Below are positions 1 through 9,507 of a stretch of DNA of 64,000 nt, piece after piece. Position 1 is the stretch's first letter, and each line of letters begins with the position of its first letter. The notes beneath the pieces were generated by a model. The model was not told the origin of the DNA and searched no databases. It was given only the letters and a program-made list of their open reading frames with translations. The DNA comes from a virus: positions 31,809 through 95,808 of the IMG/VR virus record IMGVR_UViG_3300022928_002150. The stretch is one strand, 5' to 3'. The position numbers were made by a program, and so were the translations under genes.

Positions 1-1
1 G

Positions 2-1009
2 GCAGCTGCAGTAAATAATAGGTCTCATAAAGACTTTGGACGAGCTAATTTTAAACAACAAGCTTACACCTTAAAAAAGCTTTTTCCCGAGCTTGCAGAA
101 GGTCAAGAGTTGGGACATAAGAATATCAGCGTACTTAGAGCGTCTCTTTCTTCCGTACTTGCATCAATGGATACTAAAGATCCTAGAAGACAATCTATCA
201 AAGCTTTATTTATTCTTGCACAAAATATAGATCGCATTACAGAAGTAGGTGAAATGAGTTTTGACGACTTATTGGATCAGCTAGAAATGAGCGTGTCCAA
301 GGGTTATGAGGTTAAAGCTGAGTATACAAAAGATGTAAAATTACTCTCAGGCATCTCAGGTAGTTTAGAGCTAGAGTTTGAACCCAAAGACCTTAATCAA
401 TATAAAGGACGCTTATCAGGTAAAGTAGGAGAGTTATTTAGGAAAGTAATTACTGACGCATCTTTTGATTTAGCTTCACATGAAGGATTTAGTAGTAATA
501 TAGCTAACATTAAAGGGTCTCCTTCTATGATAGAGGATATAACAGCTCAGAGTCTTCAGCTAATAGACCCTACTAAAAAATATGCTCCTGGGAGAAAAAC
601 AAAAGCAAAGTCCAAAACACAAAATATGCGAGGACCAAAAACTAAAATGAAGAGGAATAAAAAAGTTAAAGCCCGTAGCCCCTCTGGTCCAGGTCGAGGC
701 AAAGGAGCATCTAGTGCTCCTTTAGAGTTATTAGGTATATTGAATCAACAACTACCTAGAGTAGTTGCGAACAATATGGGAGACCCTAGATTGAATTATG
801 TTACAGGCAGATTCGCAAGTAGTGTCAATGTTACTGATGTTACTCAAACAGCTCGAGGTTTTCCAAGTATAGGATATACATATAGAAGGAATCCTTATGA
901 GGTATTCGAAAGAGATCCTGATAGAGATCCTAGAAAACTTATTGATTTATCTATACGCGAAATTGCTGCACAATTCGCTATAGGCAGATTCTATACTAGG
1001 AGAGTATAA
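2..1009 (+). CDS. T5 p143-like tail completion protein (5' truncated by window)
   Basis: Frame open from position 2; C-terminal RDPRKLIDLSIREIA motif; sits before terminator/tube genes as in T5. Confidence 0.65.
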   Translation, partial: AAAVNNRSHKDFGRANFKQQAYTLKKLFPELAEGQELGHKNISVLRASLSSVLASMDTKDPRRQSIKALFILAQNIDRITEVGEMSFDDLLDQLEMSVSKGYEVKAEYTKDVKLLSGISGSLELEFEPKDLNQYKGRLSGKVGELFRKVITDASFDLASHEGFSSNIANIKGSPSMIEDITAQSLQLIDPTKKYAPGRKTKAKSKTQNMRGPKTKMKRNKKVKARSPSGPGRGKGASSAPLELLGILNQQLPRVVANNMGDPRLNYVTGRFASSVNVTDVTQTARGFPSIGYTYRRNPYEVFERDPDRDPRKLIDLSIREIAAQFAIGRFYTRRV

Positions 1010-1464
1010 TGGCGTATCCAAGAGAGTACGCTACTAGAAGACAGTCTATTGTAGACGCACTTGTAGAAGCCTTAAAGACTATAGACGGTACAGGAGAGTT
1101 TTATACAAATGTGTATAATAATGTAAGTCCGAGATTAAAATTCTGGGATGAGATTGATGACTTTCCAGCGATACATCTAAATGCGGGTTCAGAGAGAAGA
1201 GAGTATCAAGGAGGAGGATATAGAGATAGATTCTTATCGGTTGTTATTAGATGTTATGTAAAAGAAGAAGACGCTATTGAAGCGTTGGATAAACTTTTAG
1301 AAGACACTGAAACAGTATTAGAACTAAACTCTAGATTAGAATATCTTGATAAACTAGGCTCTAGACAATACACGCACCAAATCTCGCTCATTAGTATAGA
1401 TACTGATGAAGGAGTATTAGAACCTTACGGAGTAGGAGAAATATTAGTTGAGGTTCGTTATTAG
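1009..1464 (+). CDS. Tail terminator protein (T5 p142-like)
   Basis: 151 aa, FPAIHL...SIDTDEG motifs, directly upstream of tail tube gene. Confidence 0.75.
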   Translation: MAYPREYATRRQSIVDALVEALKTIDGTGEFYTNVYNNVSPRLKFWDEIDDFPAIHLNAGSERREYQGGGYRDRFLSVVIRCYVKEEDAIEALDKLLEDTETVLELNSRLEYLDKLGSRQYTHQISLISIDTDEGVLEPYGVGEILVEVRY

Positions 1465-1528
1465 AAAATGCTGACACGAATAAATATTCACGTTCAGGCC
1501 TTTTCAAGTTTCATAGGAGATTACAACT

Positions 1529-2689
1529 ATGGCATCAATATTACAATTTAGTAGAAATACTAAAGCCTATCTGCAAATGGGCGCCGATGTGTGGGAGCTG
1601 CCAATTCTTGACGGATTCTCATTTTCACAGGCAACAAATGCATCAGAAATTACTCTTAACGAAGCTGCAAACAGTGCAGGAGTATCAAGACGAGCTAGAC
1701 AAATGTTTACCGACTCTTACGCTCCTGCTGAGTGGAGTTTTACTACTTATATTCGTCCTAACGGAGGAGCTGATGGCGCAGCCGGTCTTGGTTGCATTGA
1801 AGAAGCTCTGTGGGCGAACATGATTGCTACAGGCCAAGCCTACGATGATACCACGGGCCTCTTTACTTTAGGTGTTGATAAGAGTACTGCAAACACTACT
1901 GTTTTTGACTTTACTAATTCTAACAAAACAACACTTAATACTTTTACACTGTGGATGGTTCTTGGAGCATGTGGTACAGATCCTACGGCTGCTAGCTTTA
2001 GTGAAGCCCAAGGTCAGACAGTATATAAAATTAGCAATAGTGTTATTAACTCTGCTGCTATTGATTTTGATATCGATGGGATCGCTCAAATTACTTGGTC
2101 TGGGTTCGGCTCTTTGGTAGAGGATCTTACAGATGTTGCAGAAGGATCAGGAGGCTGGCCTGATGTTACTGGAGGCGGTTCAAATAATCTTGTAACTACA
2201 GGTATTGACAGCACTGCTAACTTTATTAGAAACAGACTGACTAGTCTTTCTGTTGTGGGAGATTTAGGTGGTGGTAGTACTACATATTCCGTGGTACTGA
2301 CTGGAGGAAGTTTATCGATCGAGAATAACCTAACCTTCTTAACTCCAGAAACTCTTTGTAGTGTTAACCAACCTTTAGGTCATATTACAGGTTCCAGATC
2401 TGTTAGTGGAAGTTTCACTTGTTACCTTGACGCTGAAGGTGACTCAAGTGCTCAACTTTTCCAAGATGTACTATCTGCCAACACTATTGTTACCAATGAA
2501 ATGGCTCTTACATTTGGAATAGGAGGAGCTAGTGCTCCTGCATGTTCTGTTACTATGCCTCGCTGTCACTTAGAAGTGCCTAGTCATAGTATTGAAGATG
2601 TTATTTCAGTAGAGACGTCCTTCCACGCTTTGCCTAGCAGCTTAGACGGAGCGGATGAAGCAACGGTTACATATTTAGGTACTGCATAA
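1529..2689 (+). CDS. Major tail tube protein (T5 pb6-like)
   Basis: LDGFSFSQ and EWSFTTYIRP motifs, AGGAGA RBS, followed by terminator. Confidence 0.85.
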   Translation: MASILQFSRNTKAYLQMGADVWELPILDGFSFSQATNASEITLNEAANSAGVSRRARQMFTDSYAPAEWSFTTYIRPNGGADGAAGLGCIEEALWANMIATGQAYDDTTGLFTLGVDKSTANTTVFDFTNSNKTTLNTFTLWMVLGACGTDPTAASFSEAQGQTVYKISNSVINSAAIDFDIDGIAQITWSGFGSLVEDLTDVAEGSGGWPDVTGGGSNNLVTTGIDSTANFIRNRLTSLSVVGDLGGGSTTYSVVLTGGSLSIENNLTFLTPETLCSVNQPLGHITGSRSVSGSFTCYLDAEGDSSAQLFQDVLSANTIVTNEMALTFGIGGASAPACSVTMPRCHLEVPSHSIEDVISVETSFHALPSSLDGADEATVTYLGTA

Positions 2690-2713
2690 AATTTAAATAG
2701 GTATTTTTAAATA

Positions 2714-2740
2714 ATAAAAGGGGCGCTCAGCCCCTTTTAT
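2714..2740 (+). terminator. Rho-independent terminator after tail tube gene
   Basis: ATAAAAGGGG-cgctcag-CCCCTTTTAT. Confidence 0.8.
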
Positions 2741-2764
2741 TTATCCCCACCCCAAAAATTTTTC

Positions 2765-2793
2765 TTGACTTTTATGTTGCCATACTTTATACT
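2765..2793 (+). promoter_or_regulatory. Sigma70-type phage promoter
   Basis: TTGACT-17-TATACT preceded by AAAAATTTTTTC. Confidence 0.8.
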
Positions 2794-2844
2794 ATGTGGT
2801 AAGAAAAATCAATTTCTTTTCTACATATACAAGGAAAATACTTA

Positions 2845-3267
2845 ATGACAGATAAACCTATTTCACTTGCTAGCTTAATGACTCCTAGCAAAACTGTGTC
2901 TATTTCTTTTCCAGGATGTCCTGGGATGGAAGTAGATCTGTGCTATTTAGCACGAGAAGAATTATTAAAACTTAGAAAAAAATGTCTAACAACTAAATTT
3001 GACAAACGCACTCGTCAGCCCGAAGAAATCCTAGATGATGATAAATTCTTAGAAGAATATGTTAGTGCGGTAATTAAAGGGTGGAAAGGCTTCAAACTAG
3101 ATTATCTAGAAGAGCTCATCCTAGTAGATGTATCTTCTCAAGATGAGAATAGTGAACTCCCTTTTACACAAGAAAATGCACAATTGCTAATGAAAAACTC
3201 AGGTACATTTGATACATGGGTTACAGAAACTGTCGGTGATTTAGAAAATTTTACGGGGAACAAGTAA
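2845..3267 (+). CDS. Tail assembly chaperone (gpG-like)
   Basis: Between tube and tape measure genes; ends just after slippery site A AAT TTT. Confidence 0.8.
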   Translation: MTDKPISLASLMTPSKTVSISFPGCPGMEVDLCYLAREELLKLRKKCLTTKFDKRTRQPEEILDDDKFLEEYVSAVIKGWKGFKLDYLEELILVDVSSQDENSELPFTQENAQLLMKNSGTFDTWVTETVGDLENFTGNK

Positions 3268-3689
3268 CGAAAATAATATCGTTACTTGAGCGTTATACGA
3301 GAGAAGCAGATAGTACAATAGATATAGAAAAGTATTATGCTATATGTGAAAAACTAGGACAAGAACCCGATCCGGAAAAGCTGCCAATTACTTTAGATAA
3401 ATTTCCTGAAGAGGTACAGACTGCGATCGTAATATACGATCTGCTGCCTGATCGGTGGGAAGGAATGTCAGGGAGCTATCTAGGAAAAGAGTGGGCATCT
3501 GTTAATCTTTTACTAGATATTTATGAAGTGCCCTATCGTAAAGACGTAATATATTTTTCTAAGGTTTATGAAAACATAAAAGTGCGATATATGTCTGAAA
3601 AGGCAGAACAAACTAGAAAGGCCGAAGAACGAAAAAGTCGAGCGGCAGGAGGCAATGGAACAAATTTTGCCCATAATGTATCTGGATAA
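3246..3689 (+). CDS. Tail assembly chaperone extension (gpGT-like) via -1 frameshift
   Basis: -1 frame is open from the heptamer A AAT TTT (3246-3252) to 3689: KFYGEQVTKIISLLERY...LPDRWEGMSGSYLGK. Confidence 0.8.
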   Translation, partial: KFYGEQVTKIISLLERYTREADSTIDIEKYYAICEKLGQEPDPEKLPITLDKFPEEVQTAIVIYDLLPDRWEGMSGSYLGKEWASVNLLLDIYEVPYRKDVIYFSKVYENIKVRYMSEKAEQTRKAEERKSRAAGGNGTNFAHNVSG

Positions 3690-6600
3690 TGGCTAAAAGA
3701 AATAAGGTATATATTGATGTAGTAATTGATGATAAAGGCACTACCAAAAAAGTAGCACTTTCCCAGAAACAATTAGGAGAAGCAGCTGCAGCTGCAGGTA
3801 ATCAAGTACAAAATACTGATAGGCGCCTTAAAGGAGCAGCACAGGCTTCTTCAAATGCTACTAAGAATTTTTCAAAAATGTCCCAGGGGATCTCGGGGGG
3901 TCTCGTTCCTGCTTATGCAACCCTGGCCGCTTCTTTATTTGCTGTATCTGCTGTCTTTCAATTCTTAAAAGACGCAGGAAATCTCGAAACTCTGCAAGCC
4001 GGACAGGTTGCCTATGCAGGTGCTACCGGTATTGCCATGCGCACCCTCACAGAGGACATCATTCAAGCAACTGATGCTCAAATCGCTTTTCAAGATGCTG
4101 CAAGCGCAGCATCTATAGGTGTTGCTGCAGGTCTTAGTGCCGATGTACTAACCCGACTTGGAGCGGCTGCAAAGTCTACTTCAGTAATTCTAGGTAGAGA
4201 TGTTACTGACTCTTTTAATCGTCTTGTTCGAGGTGTTACAAAAGCAGAGCCAGAATTACTAGATGAATTAGGTATTATTCTAAGATTAGATACCGCCATG
4301 GAGAATTATAAGACTCAGCTGGGGTTGGGTGAAGTAGAATTAAATGCTTTCCAAAGATCTCAGGCAGTAGCAAACGAAGTATTGGACCAAGCCGAAAACA
4401 AGTTTGGACGAATACTTAAAATTACAGCGGTTGCTCCAAATAAATTTAATAAATTAGGTAAAGCCTTCGATGATATCTTAATACAAATTAAAGGTGTGGC
4501 AGCGGCTGTTGCTGGACCTTTTGCAGATGTTTTAATAAAAACACCAGAATTAGCAGGAGCTGCTATTTTATTATTGGTATCAGGGCCCTTAAAGGCCGCC
4601 ATTCCCGGCCTCCAGAACATGGGAGAGAAGACTAAAGAAGTAGCAAAGCTAGCAGAGGCATCCTTTACAAAAGCTTCTGACGAGTTAGAAAGATATAAAA
4701 AATCCGCTTCGAACTTTGAATTGCTAGGAACAAAAGGTGCAGGCGGTCTTAAATCGGCAGCGGCCGGAGATGCTGCTGATATTCTGAAAGCTGCTAATGC
4801 TGGTGGCGGAAAAAGAGGCCCCTTACGTAAGCTCACAGGCGACGTAGACAAAATTACTAACGAAGTTGCACTAAAGATGAAAAAAGGCGCTATGGCTGGA
4901 GAAGGCGCTTATAAAAAAATGAGCCTTAAAATACGTCGTGACTTCATATCTGCAATGGACGATATAATAGCTGCTAATGATATAGCTGCGGGCAAAGTAT
5001 CGAGTAGATGGGAAATAGCCACTAAAAAAATGCAGATTGGTATTAAACGAACTGAAGTCGTATTTAAGGGCGTATTTGCTAGTATAAAAGCGGGTGCTGC
5101 AATTGCGGCTCGCGCTGTAAGCATTGCCTTTTCAGCTATTGGTTGGATAGGCATAATTTATACTTTGTATGAAGTTATAGAAGGATTTAGAAAGACAGAG
5201 GAAGTCGCTAAGAAATCTAACGATGTATTTGCAGTACAAAGAGATAGAGTCGCAAGACTAGTAGAAGACTATAAGAACTTTTCAGCTATCCAGAAAATTT
5301 TATCTGAAGAGGGAGGAAACATAATTTCTACCTATGCAGCTTTCGGAAACCTAGCAAACTCACTTTCCAATTCAGCTTTCAAAAATTTTGGTAAGGCTCT
5401 TAGCGAATCCTCTGATGATCTTACAGCAGCCAGAGAGAAGGCGGAGGATGAGGTAAAAAGATTAGAGAGGGCTCGGGATAGGGTGCAGGGCCGGCGCTCA
5501 CTTTCGTTCATAGAGGACAGGTCGGCCTTTGATTATGGAGCTGCAGTTGATCTTGAAAGAATCCAAGAACTTACTGAAGAAATAGCAGAAGCTCAAAAGA
5601 AAACTACAGGTAGTACTATAGCTCTTTTAGCAGAAATGAACCCAGAAAAATTCGGAAAATTCAAAGAGTTTTTAGATATTCAAATAGATTCATTTAATGC
5701 TCAAGATGAATCCTTAATTAAGAATTCTAGATCAGCTAACGAGTATTTTAACAAGCTCCAGGCACTAAGAACCGCGAAAGTTATTGAAAAGAGTCAGATT
5801 GAAGAATTGCTTCAAGCTAGAGAGCTATTTGTTGAAGTAAGTAAAGGCGTGGCAGCTTATGATAAAGCTATTACAGACGTAACAAAAAGCGGAACTACTT
5901 TAGTTAATAAGATAATGCCTGTTTCTGAGGCACAGAAATATTTAACAGCTCTTAACAACCTTGATACAGCTATACAGAAACTGGAAGCAGATCAAAACAA
6001 TCTTAATACAAATGATCCAAGAATAAAAGGGATACAGGACAGAAAAGCTAGGTTAATAGAAGAGAGAGACCTAGTAACAAGCATAATATCTTTTGAGGGA
6101 AAACAGGCTACAGAGTTATTAAATAAACGACAACAAATTACAGCAAATTTACGAAATGCAGATGGTATTACAAAGTCCAGACTCAATACAGAGCTTAAAA
6201 TATTTGAAAACGACCAAAAGAAATTAAAGCTAGAAAAAGATATTGCTACGTTAGAGGAAACAGCCCGGATTAATACCTTGAAATTGTCACCAGAGGAATT
6301 GCAGAAAATAAAAAATTTACGAGTTGAAATACAACTACTAGGGGATAGAAATAATCTTGCTAGAGATGCTTTGGCACTTCAAGAACTAAATAACGAAATT
6401 AGAAAAATAGATACGGCTGCAGATATAGCTAAGACTCAACGACAGGCAGGGTTTTTAATTACTACTCAAAGCTTAACAGGACTACAAAAGCAGCTTGCTG
6501 CCGAAGCAAAGAAAGAAAGCGATCTAACTGCTATCATAGAAACTAATAGGCAAAAGATACTAGAAACAACCGTGGATGAAAACGGTGAGCTTAGGGTGTT

Positions 6601-8098
6601 ATCTGACACACAGCAGGAGCTCGTTGATAAACTAAGAGCTGCTAATGTTCTGAGACTAGCGGAACTGAGTCTTCTACCTCTAACGAAAGAAAGATTGGAG
6701 CGCCAAAACGATCTTGCAGATCTTAATAACGCACAAAGTATTAAAAAAATAAAACTACTAACCCGACAGAAAATACTTGAGGCGGGTCTTACTGCAGGGC
6801 AATCACGTCGTCAACAGATAATAAATCAACAAAGACTATTAGAGTTAGAGATTAGACAAAGTAAAGAAAAAGAGCTAGAGCTGCGTAACGCTATAGACGA
6901 GAATACTGTCTCGAATGTCGAGAATTCAAAGAGAACCTTAGCGATCGCCACAGCTACAAGAGAGCAGAAGCAGGCTGAACTTGATATTTTAATGCGTTCT
7001 ACTGAAGCAATGGAGCAGTATAGACTAGCCATTGCTAACGGTTTTGAATCAGGGCTACAACAGGCTATAAATGATTTATTAACAGGAGCCGAAAGCAGCT
7101 TCAGAGATAGTTTATTAAACTTAACAAAATCTGTATTTGAAACTTTAGCGGGTAAATTTTCGGAGATTATGGCCGATTCGATGATAGATATGATAGCCCG
7201 TAGTAATTTGGGGTCTAAAATTTTTCGTGGAATGACTTTAACAGATAAAGTTGCAGAAGGCCATAGAAAGGGTGCAAAAATACTTGACACACAACTCGAT
7301 ACAACTAGTACTAATATGGCCACAACACTTAAAGACGCCTTTACAAACGGAGCAGCCGCACTTGCGGAGACTATTAGAGCTGCTTGTGCTTCTTGTGCCT
7401 GTGATAAGGCAAACGACAGTAACATGTCTGAGATACTTAATCCGTCTCCGGCGAACCCTGTAAAAACTGCCCAAGATGTAGGAGAAGCAGCGGCAAAGCC
7501 TTTAGAAACCGCTACTAACGAAGTAAAGAAAGTACTAAACGAAGAGACAACTTTTACAGAAACGATTAAAACTTCTTTTTCTAAGTTTTTTGAAGGTGCA
7601 AAAGGATTAGGAAGTGATCTTGCTGGATTCTTGAAAGGGTTCGGGACAGGTCTAGCAAGTTTCTTGAAAAGCTTTTTAGCTAGTCTTACAGGAGTAGCAT
7701 CTGGTGGAGGAAGTATACTTAGCACTGTTTTTGCAGTAATAGGTTCAATATTCACAGGAGGAGCAGCGCCGGTGCCCTTAGCTAATGGAGGTGTAGTAGA
7801 TAAGCCGACCTATGCACTAATAGGAGAAGGTAGGTATAATGAAGCTGTTATTCCTATGCCCGATGGGAAGAGAGTCCCTGTAGAGTTAAAAGATAAAAGA
7901 ATAGGGTCAAACCAGAATAATAATGTTACAGTTAATGTTAGTATGGGAGAAGGGGGCAGAACCTCTACTTCCTCAACGCAGGAAGAGTCTGGTAGAGACG
8001 CTGTTAAACTAGGAAATATAATAGCTAAGGCAGTACAAGAGGAACTTCAAAATCAAAAGCGCTCTGGAGGGATACTTAGCCCATACGGAGCTGCATAA
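3689..8098 (+). CDS. Tape measure protein
   Basis: 1469 aa, Ala/helix-rich, KAEPELLDELGI motif, C-terminal ANGG...GEG..EAVIP. Confidence 0.9.
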   Translation: MAKRNKVYIDVVIDDKGTTKKVALSQKQLGEAAAAAGNQVQNTDRRLKGAAQASSNATKNFSKMSQGISGGLVPAYATLAASLFAVSAVFQFLKDAGNLETLQAGQVAYAGATGIAMRTLTEDIIQATDAQIAFQDAASAASIGVAAGLSADVLTRLGAAAKSTSVILGRDVTDSFNRLVRGVTKAEPELLDELGIILRLDTAMENYKTQLGLGEVELNAFQRSQAVANEVLDQAENKFGRILKITAVAPNKFNKLGKAFDDILIQIKGVAAAVAGPFADVLIKTPELAGAAILLLVSGPLKAAIPGLQNMGEKTKEVAKLAEASFTKASDELERYKKSASNFELLGTKGAGGLKSAAAGDAADILKAANAGGGKRGPLRKLTGDVDKITNEVALKMKKGAMAGEGAYKKMSLKIRRDFISAMDDIIAANDIAAGKVSSRWEIATKKMQIGIKRTEVVFKGVFASIKAGAAIAARAVSIAFSAIGWIGIIYTLYEVIEGFRKTEEVAKKSNDVFAVQRDRVARLVEDYKNFSAIQKILSEEGGNIISTYAAFGNLANSLSNSAFKNFGKALSESSDDLTAAREKAEDEVKRLERARDRVQGRRSLSFIEDRSAFDYGAAVDLERIQELTEEIAEAQKKTTGSTIALLAEMNPEKFGKFKEFLDIQIDSFNAQDESLIKNSRSANEYFNKLQALRTAKVIEKSQIEELLQARELFVEVSKGVAAYDKAITDVTKSGTTLVNKIMPVSEAQKYLTALNNLDTAIQKLEADQNNLNTNDPRIKGIQDRKARLIEERDLVTSIISFEGKQATELLNKRQQITANLRNADGITKSRLNTELKIFENDQKKLKLEKDIATLEETARINTLKLSPEELQKIKNLRVEIQLLGDRNNLARDALALQELNNEIRKIDTAADIAKTQRQAGFLITTQSLTGLQKQLAAEAKKESDLTAIIETNRQKILETTVDENGELRVLSDTQQELVDKLRAANVLRLAELSLLPLTKERLERQNDLADLNNAQSIKKIKLLTRQKILEAGLTAGQSRRQQIINQQRLLELEIRQSKEKELELRNAIDENTVSNVENSKRTLAIATATREQKQAELDILMRSTEAMEQYRLAIANGFESGLQQAINDLLTGAESSFRDSLLNLTKSVFETLAGKFSEIMADSMIDMIARSNLGSKIFRGMTLTDKVAEGHRKGAKILDTQLDTTSTNMATTLKDAFTNGAAALAETIRAACASCACDKANDSNMSEILNPSPANPVKTAQDVGEAAAKPLETATNEVKKVLNEETTFTETIKTSFSKFFEGAKGLGSDLAGFLKGFGTGLASFLKSFLASLTGVASGGGSILSTVFAVIGSIFTGGAAPVPLANGGVVDKPTYALIGEGRYNEAVIPMPDGKRVPVELKDKRIGSNQNNNVTVNVSMGEGGRTSTSSTQEESGRDAVKLGNIIAKAVQEELQNQKRSGGILSPYGAA

Positions 8099-8736
8099 TG
8101 TCAGTAGGATTTGATATAGGGTTTATTATAATTGCAGACGATATTTCTTTTACTAGAATAAGCGGGACAAATGATGGAACTATAGATTCAATAACTACAA
8201 ATTTATCTGTATTTGAACTGGGAGAAATAGTAACTATTGTAAATAGTTTTGAGAGTCAAAATGACGGAACTTTTTTAGTTACTTCATCAAATGAATTTAC
8301 ATTAGGAGTAACTAGGTTAACCCCTATAGATAATCAAGGTGTAGAATCTGTACCTGTAGTTCCAATGGTCGCGTCTGCAAGCCCTAGTATAAACTTGAGA
8401 AGAGTAGACATAATATGTCCTGATAGAAATTTTAAAAAAATAATTACACCACAGATATTATCAGTAAATTTTGGAGATGGATATCAAAGCAGAATTAAAG
8501 ACGGAGTATTTACTAGAAATGAAGAGTACTCCGTTTCTTTTATAAACAGAAGCCCAGAAGTTATAGAAAAAATAGTAAGATTTTTTGAAAGAACAGAAGG
8601 AGTAAAATCTTTTCCCTATGTAGTAAGAGACGAACCCTTTTATCAGATACCTGTCATTTGTCAAGAATTTTCAGTAATTTACATTAGTGATTATCATTCT
8701 GGCTGTGATGCCAAGTTTAAAAGAGTAAAAAGTTAA
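8098..8736 (+). CDS. Lambda gpM-like minor tail (distal tail) protein 1, with N-terminal insertion
   Basis: PDR...FGDGYQSRIKDG...F.NR...FF...G..SF motif. Confidence 0.7.
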   Translation: MSVGFDIGFIIIADDISFTRISGTNDGTIDSITTNLSVFELGEIVTIVNSFESQNDGTFLVTSSNEFTLGVTRLTPIDNQGVESVPVVPMVASASPSINLRRVDIICPDRNFKKIITPQILSVNFGDGYQSRIKDGVFTRNEEYSVSFINRSPEVIEKIVRFFERTEGVKSFPYVVRDEPFYQIPVICQEFSVIYISDYHSGCDAKFKRVKS

Positions 8737-8737
8737 T

Positions 8738-8833
8738 ATGAGAAAAATCAGTAGAAAAGGATTACAGCAGTATATTTTTTTATGTGTACTAGGTTTTTTC
8801 TTTGGTATAATAATAGGACTTGTTCTTTACTAA
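8738..8833 (+). CDS. 31-aa membrane peptide (not in ORF track)
   Basis: MRKISRKGLQQYIFLCVLGFFFGIIIGLVLY; abuts previous stop. Confidence 0.45.
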   Translation: MRKISRKGLQQYIFLCVLGFFFGIIIGLVLY

Positions 8834-8854
8834 GTAGAGAGGCACGTAAAGTGT

Positions 8855-9022
8855 ATGGAGAAAAGTGTGAGCGCTTTAGAAGTTGTAAATACGGGCTGGC
8901 CTATAGCGGTCGCTTTCGTTACGCTAGTAATTGTACTGGCGAAAATGCACGCTGATATTGAGCAAATAAAAGAGAAAGTAAAAGTTCTTTTCGAGCTTTG
9001 GAATAACAGAAACAATAGCTGA
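8855..9022 (+). CDS. 55-aa single-TM plus coiled-coil protein (not in ORF track)
   Basis: MEKSVSALEVVNTGWPIAVAFVTLVIVLAKMHADIEQIKEKVKVLFELWNNRNNS; GAGAGG upstream. Confidence 0.55.
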   Translation: MEKSVSALEVVNTGWPIAVAFVTLVIVLAKMHADIEQIKEKVKVLFELWNNRNNS

Positions 9023-9050
9023 GATAGATAATGATTAAGAGTATTAAATA

Positions 9051-9497
9051 ATGCCAGTTGGATTTAATATTAGAACTGTTACTAAGCCTAGATATGTCTG
9101 CCCAGATAGATCTTACACTAGGTCGGCATCTTTTAATGTTCTTAACTCTAAATTTGGAGATGGGTATACTCAAAAATGGAAAAAGTCTCTGTTAAATCGG
9201 CAGGAAACTATTATTTTAAAATTTGAAAATAGGCCTAAAGAAGAAATAGATGCTATTTTTAGGTTTTTTCAGCTATACAAAGGTACATACCCGTTTCCTT
9301 ATAGAGTTCCTGTATCTGTAGAAAGTGAGAAAACTATATCTTGCATATGTGAAAATTATGAGGTAGAGTGGACTTCTCCAGAACTAGGTACTATAACAGC
9401 ACAACTAAAAGAGGTATTTGAACTACCTCTATTTATAGATATACAGCCCTACGTTACTGATGGATTTGTAACTACGGCGTATGTAGAAACAGGATAA
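9051..9497 (+). CDS. Lambda gpM-like minor tail protein 2
   Basis: CPDR...FGDGYTQK...FENR...FF motif. Confidence 0.7.
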   Translation: MPVGFNIRTVTKPRYVCPDRSYTRSASFNVLNSKFGDGYTQKWKKSLLNRQETIILKFENRPKEEIDAIFRFFQLYKGTYPFPYRVPVSVESEKTISCICENYEVEWTSPELGTITAQLKEVFELPLFIDIQPYVTDGFVTTAYVETG

Positions 9498-9507
9498 CAT
9501 AACTTAA

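Noticed and set aside
4090-7755. Long antisense ORFs in the TMP (also 50483-51235, 14228-14872, 42356-42883 and similar)
   Set aside because: Shadow frames of well-supported genes, with no RBS or motifs
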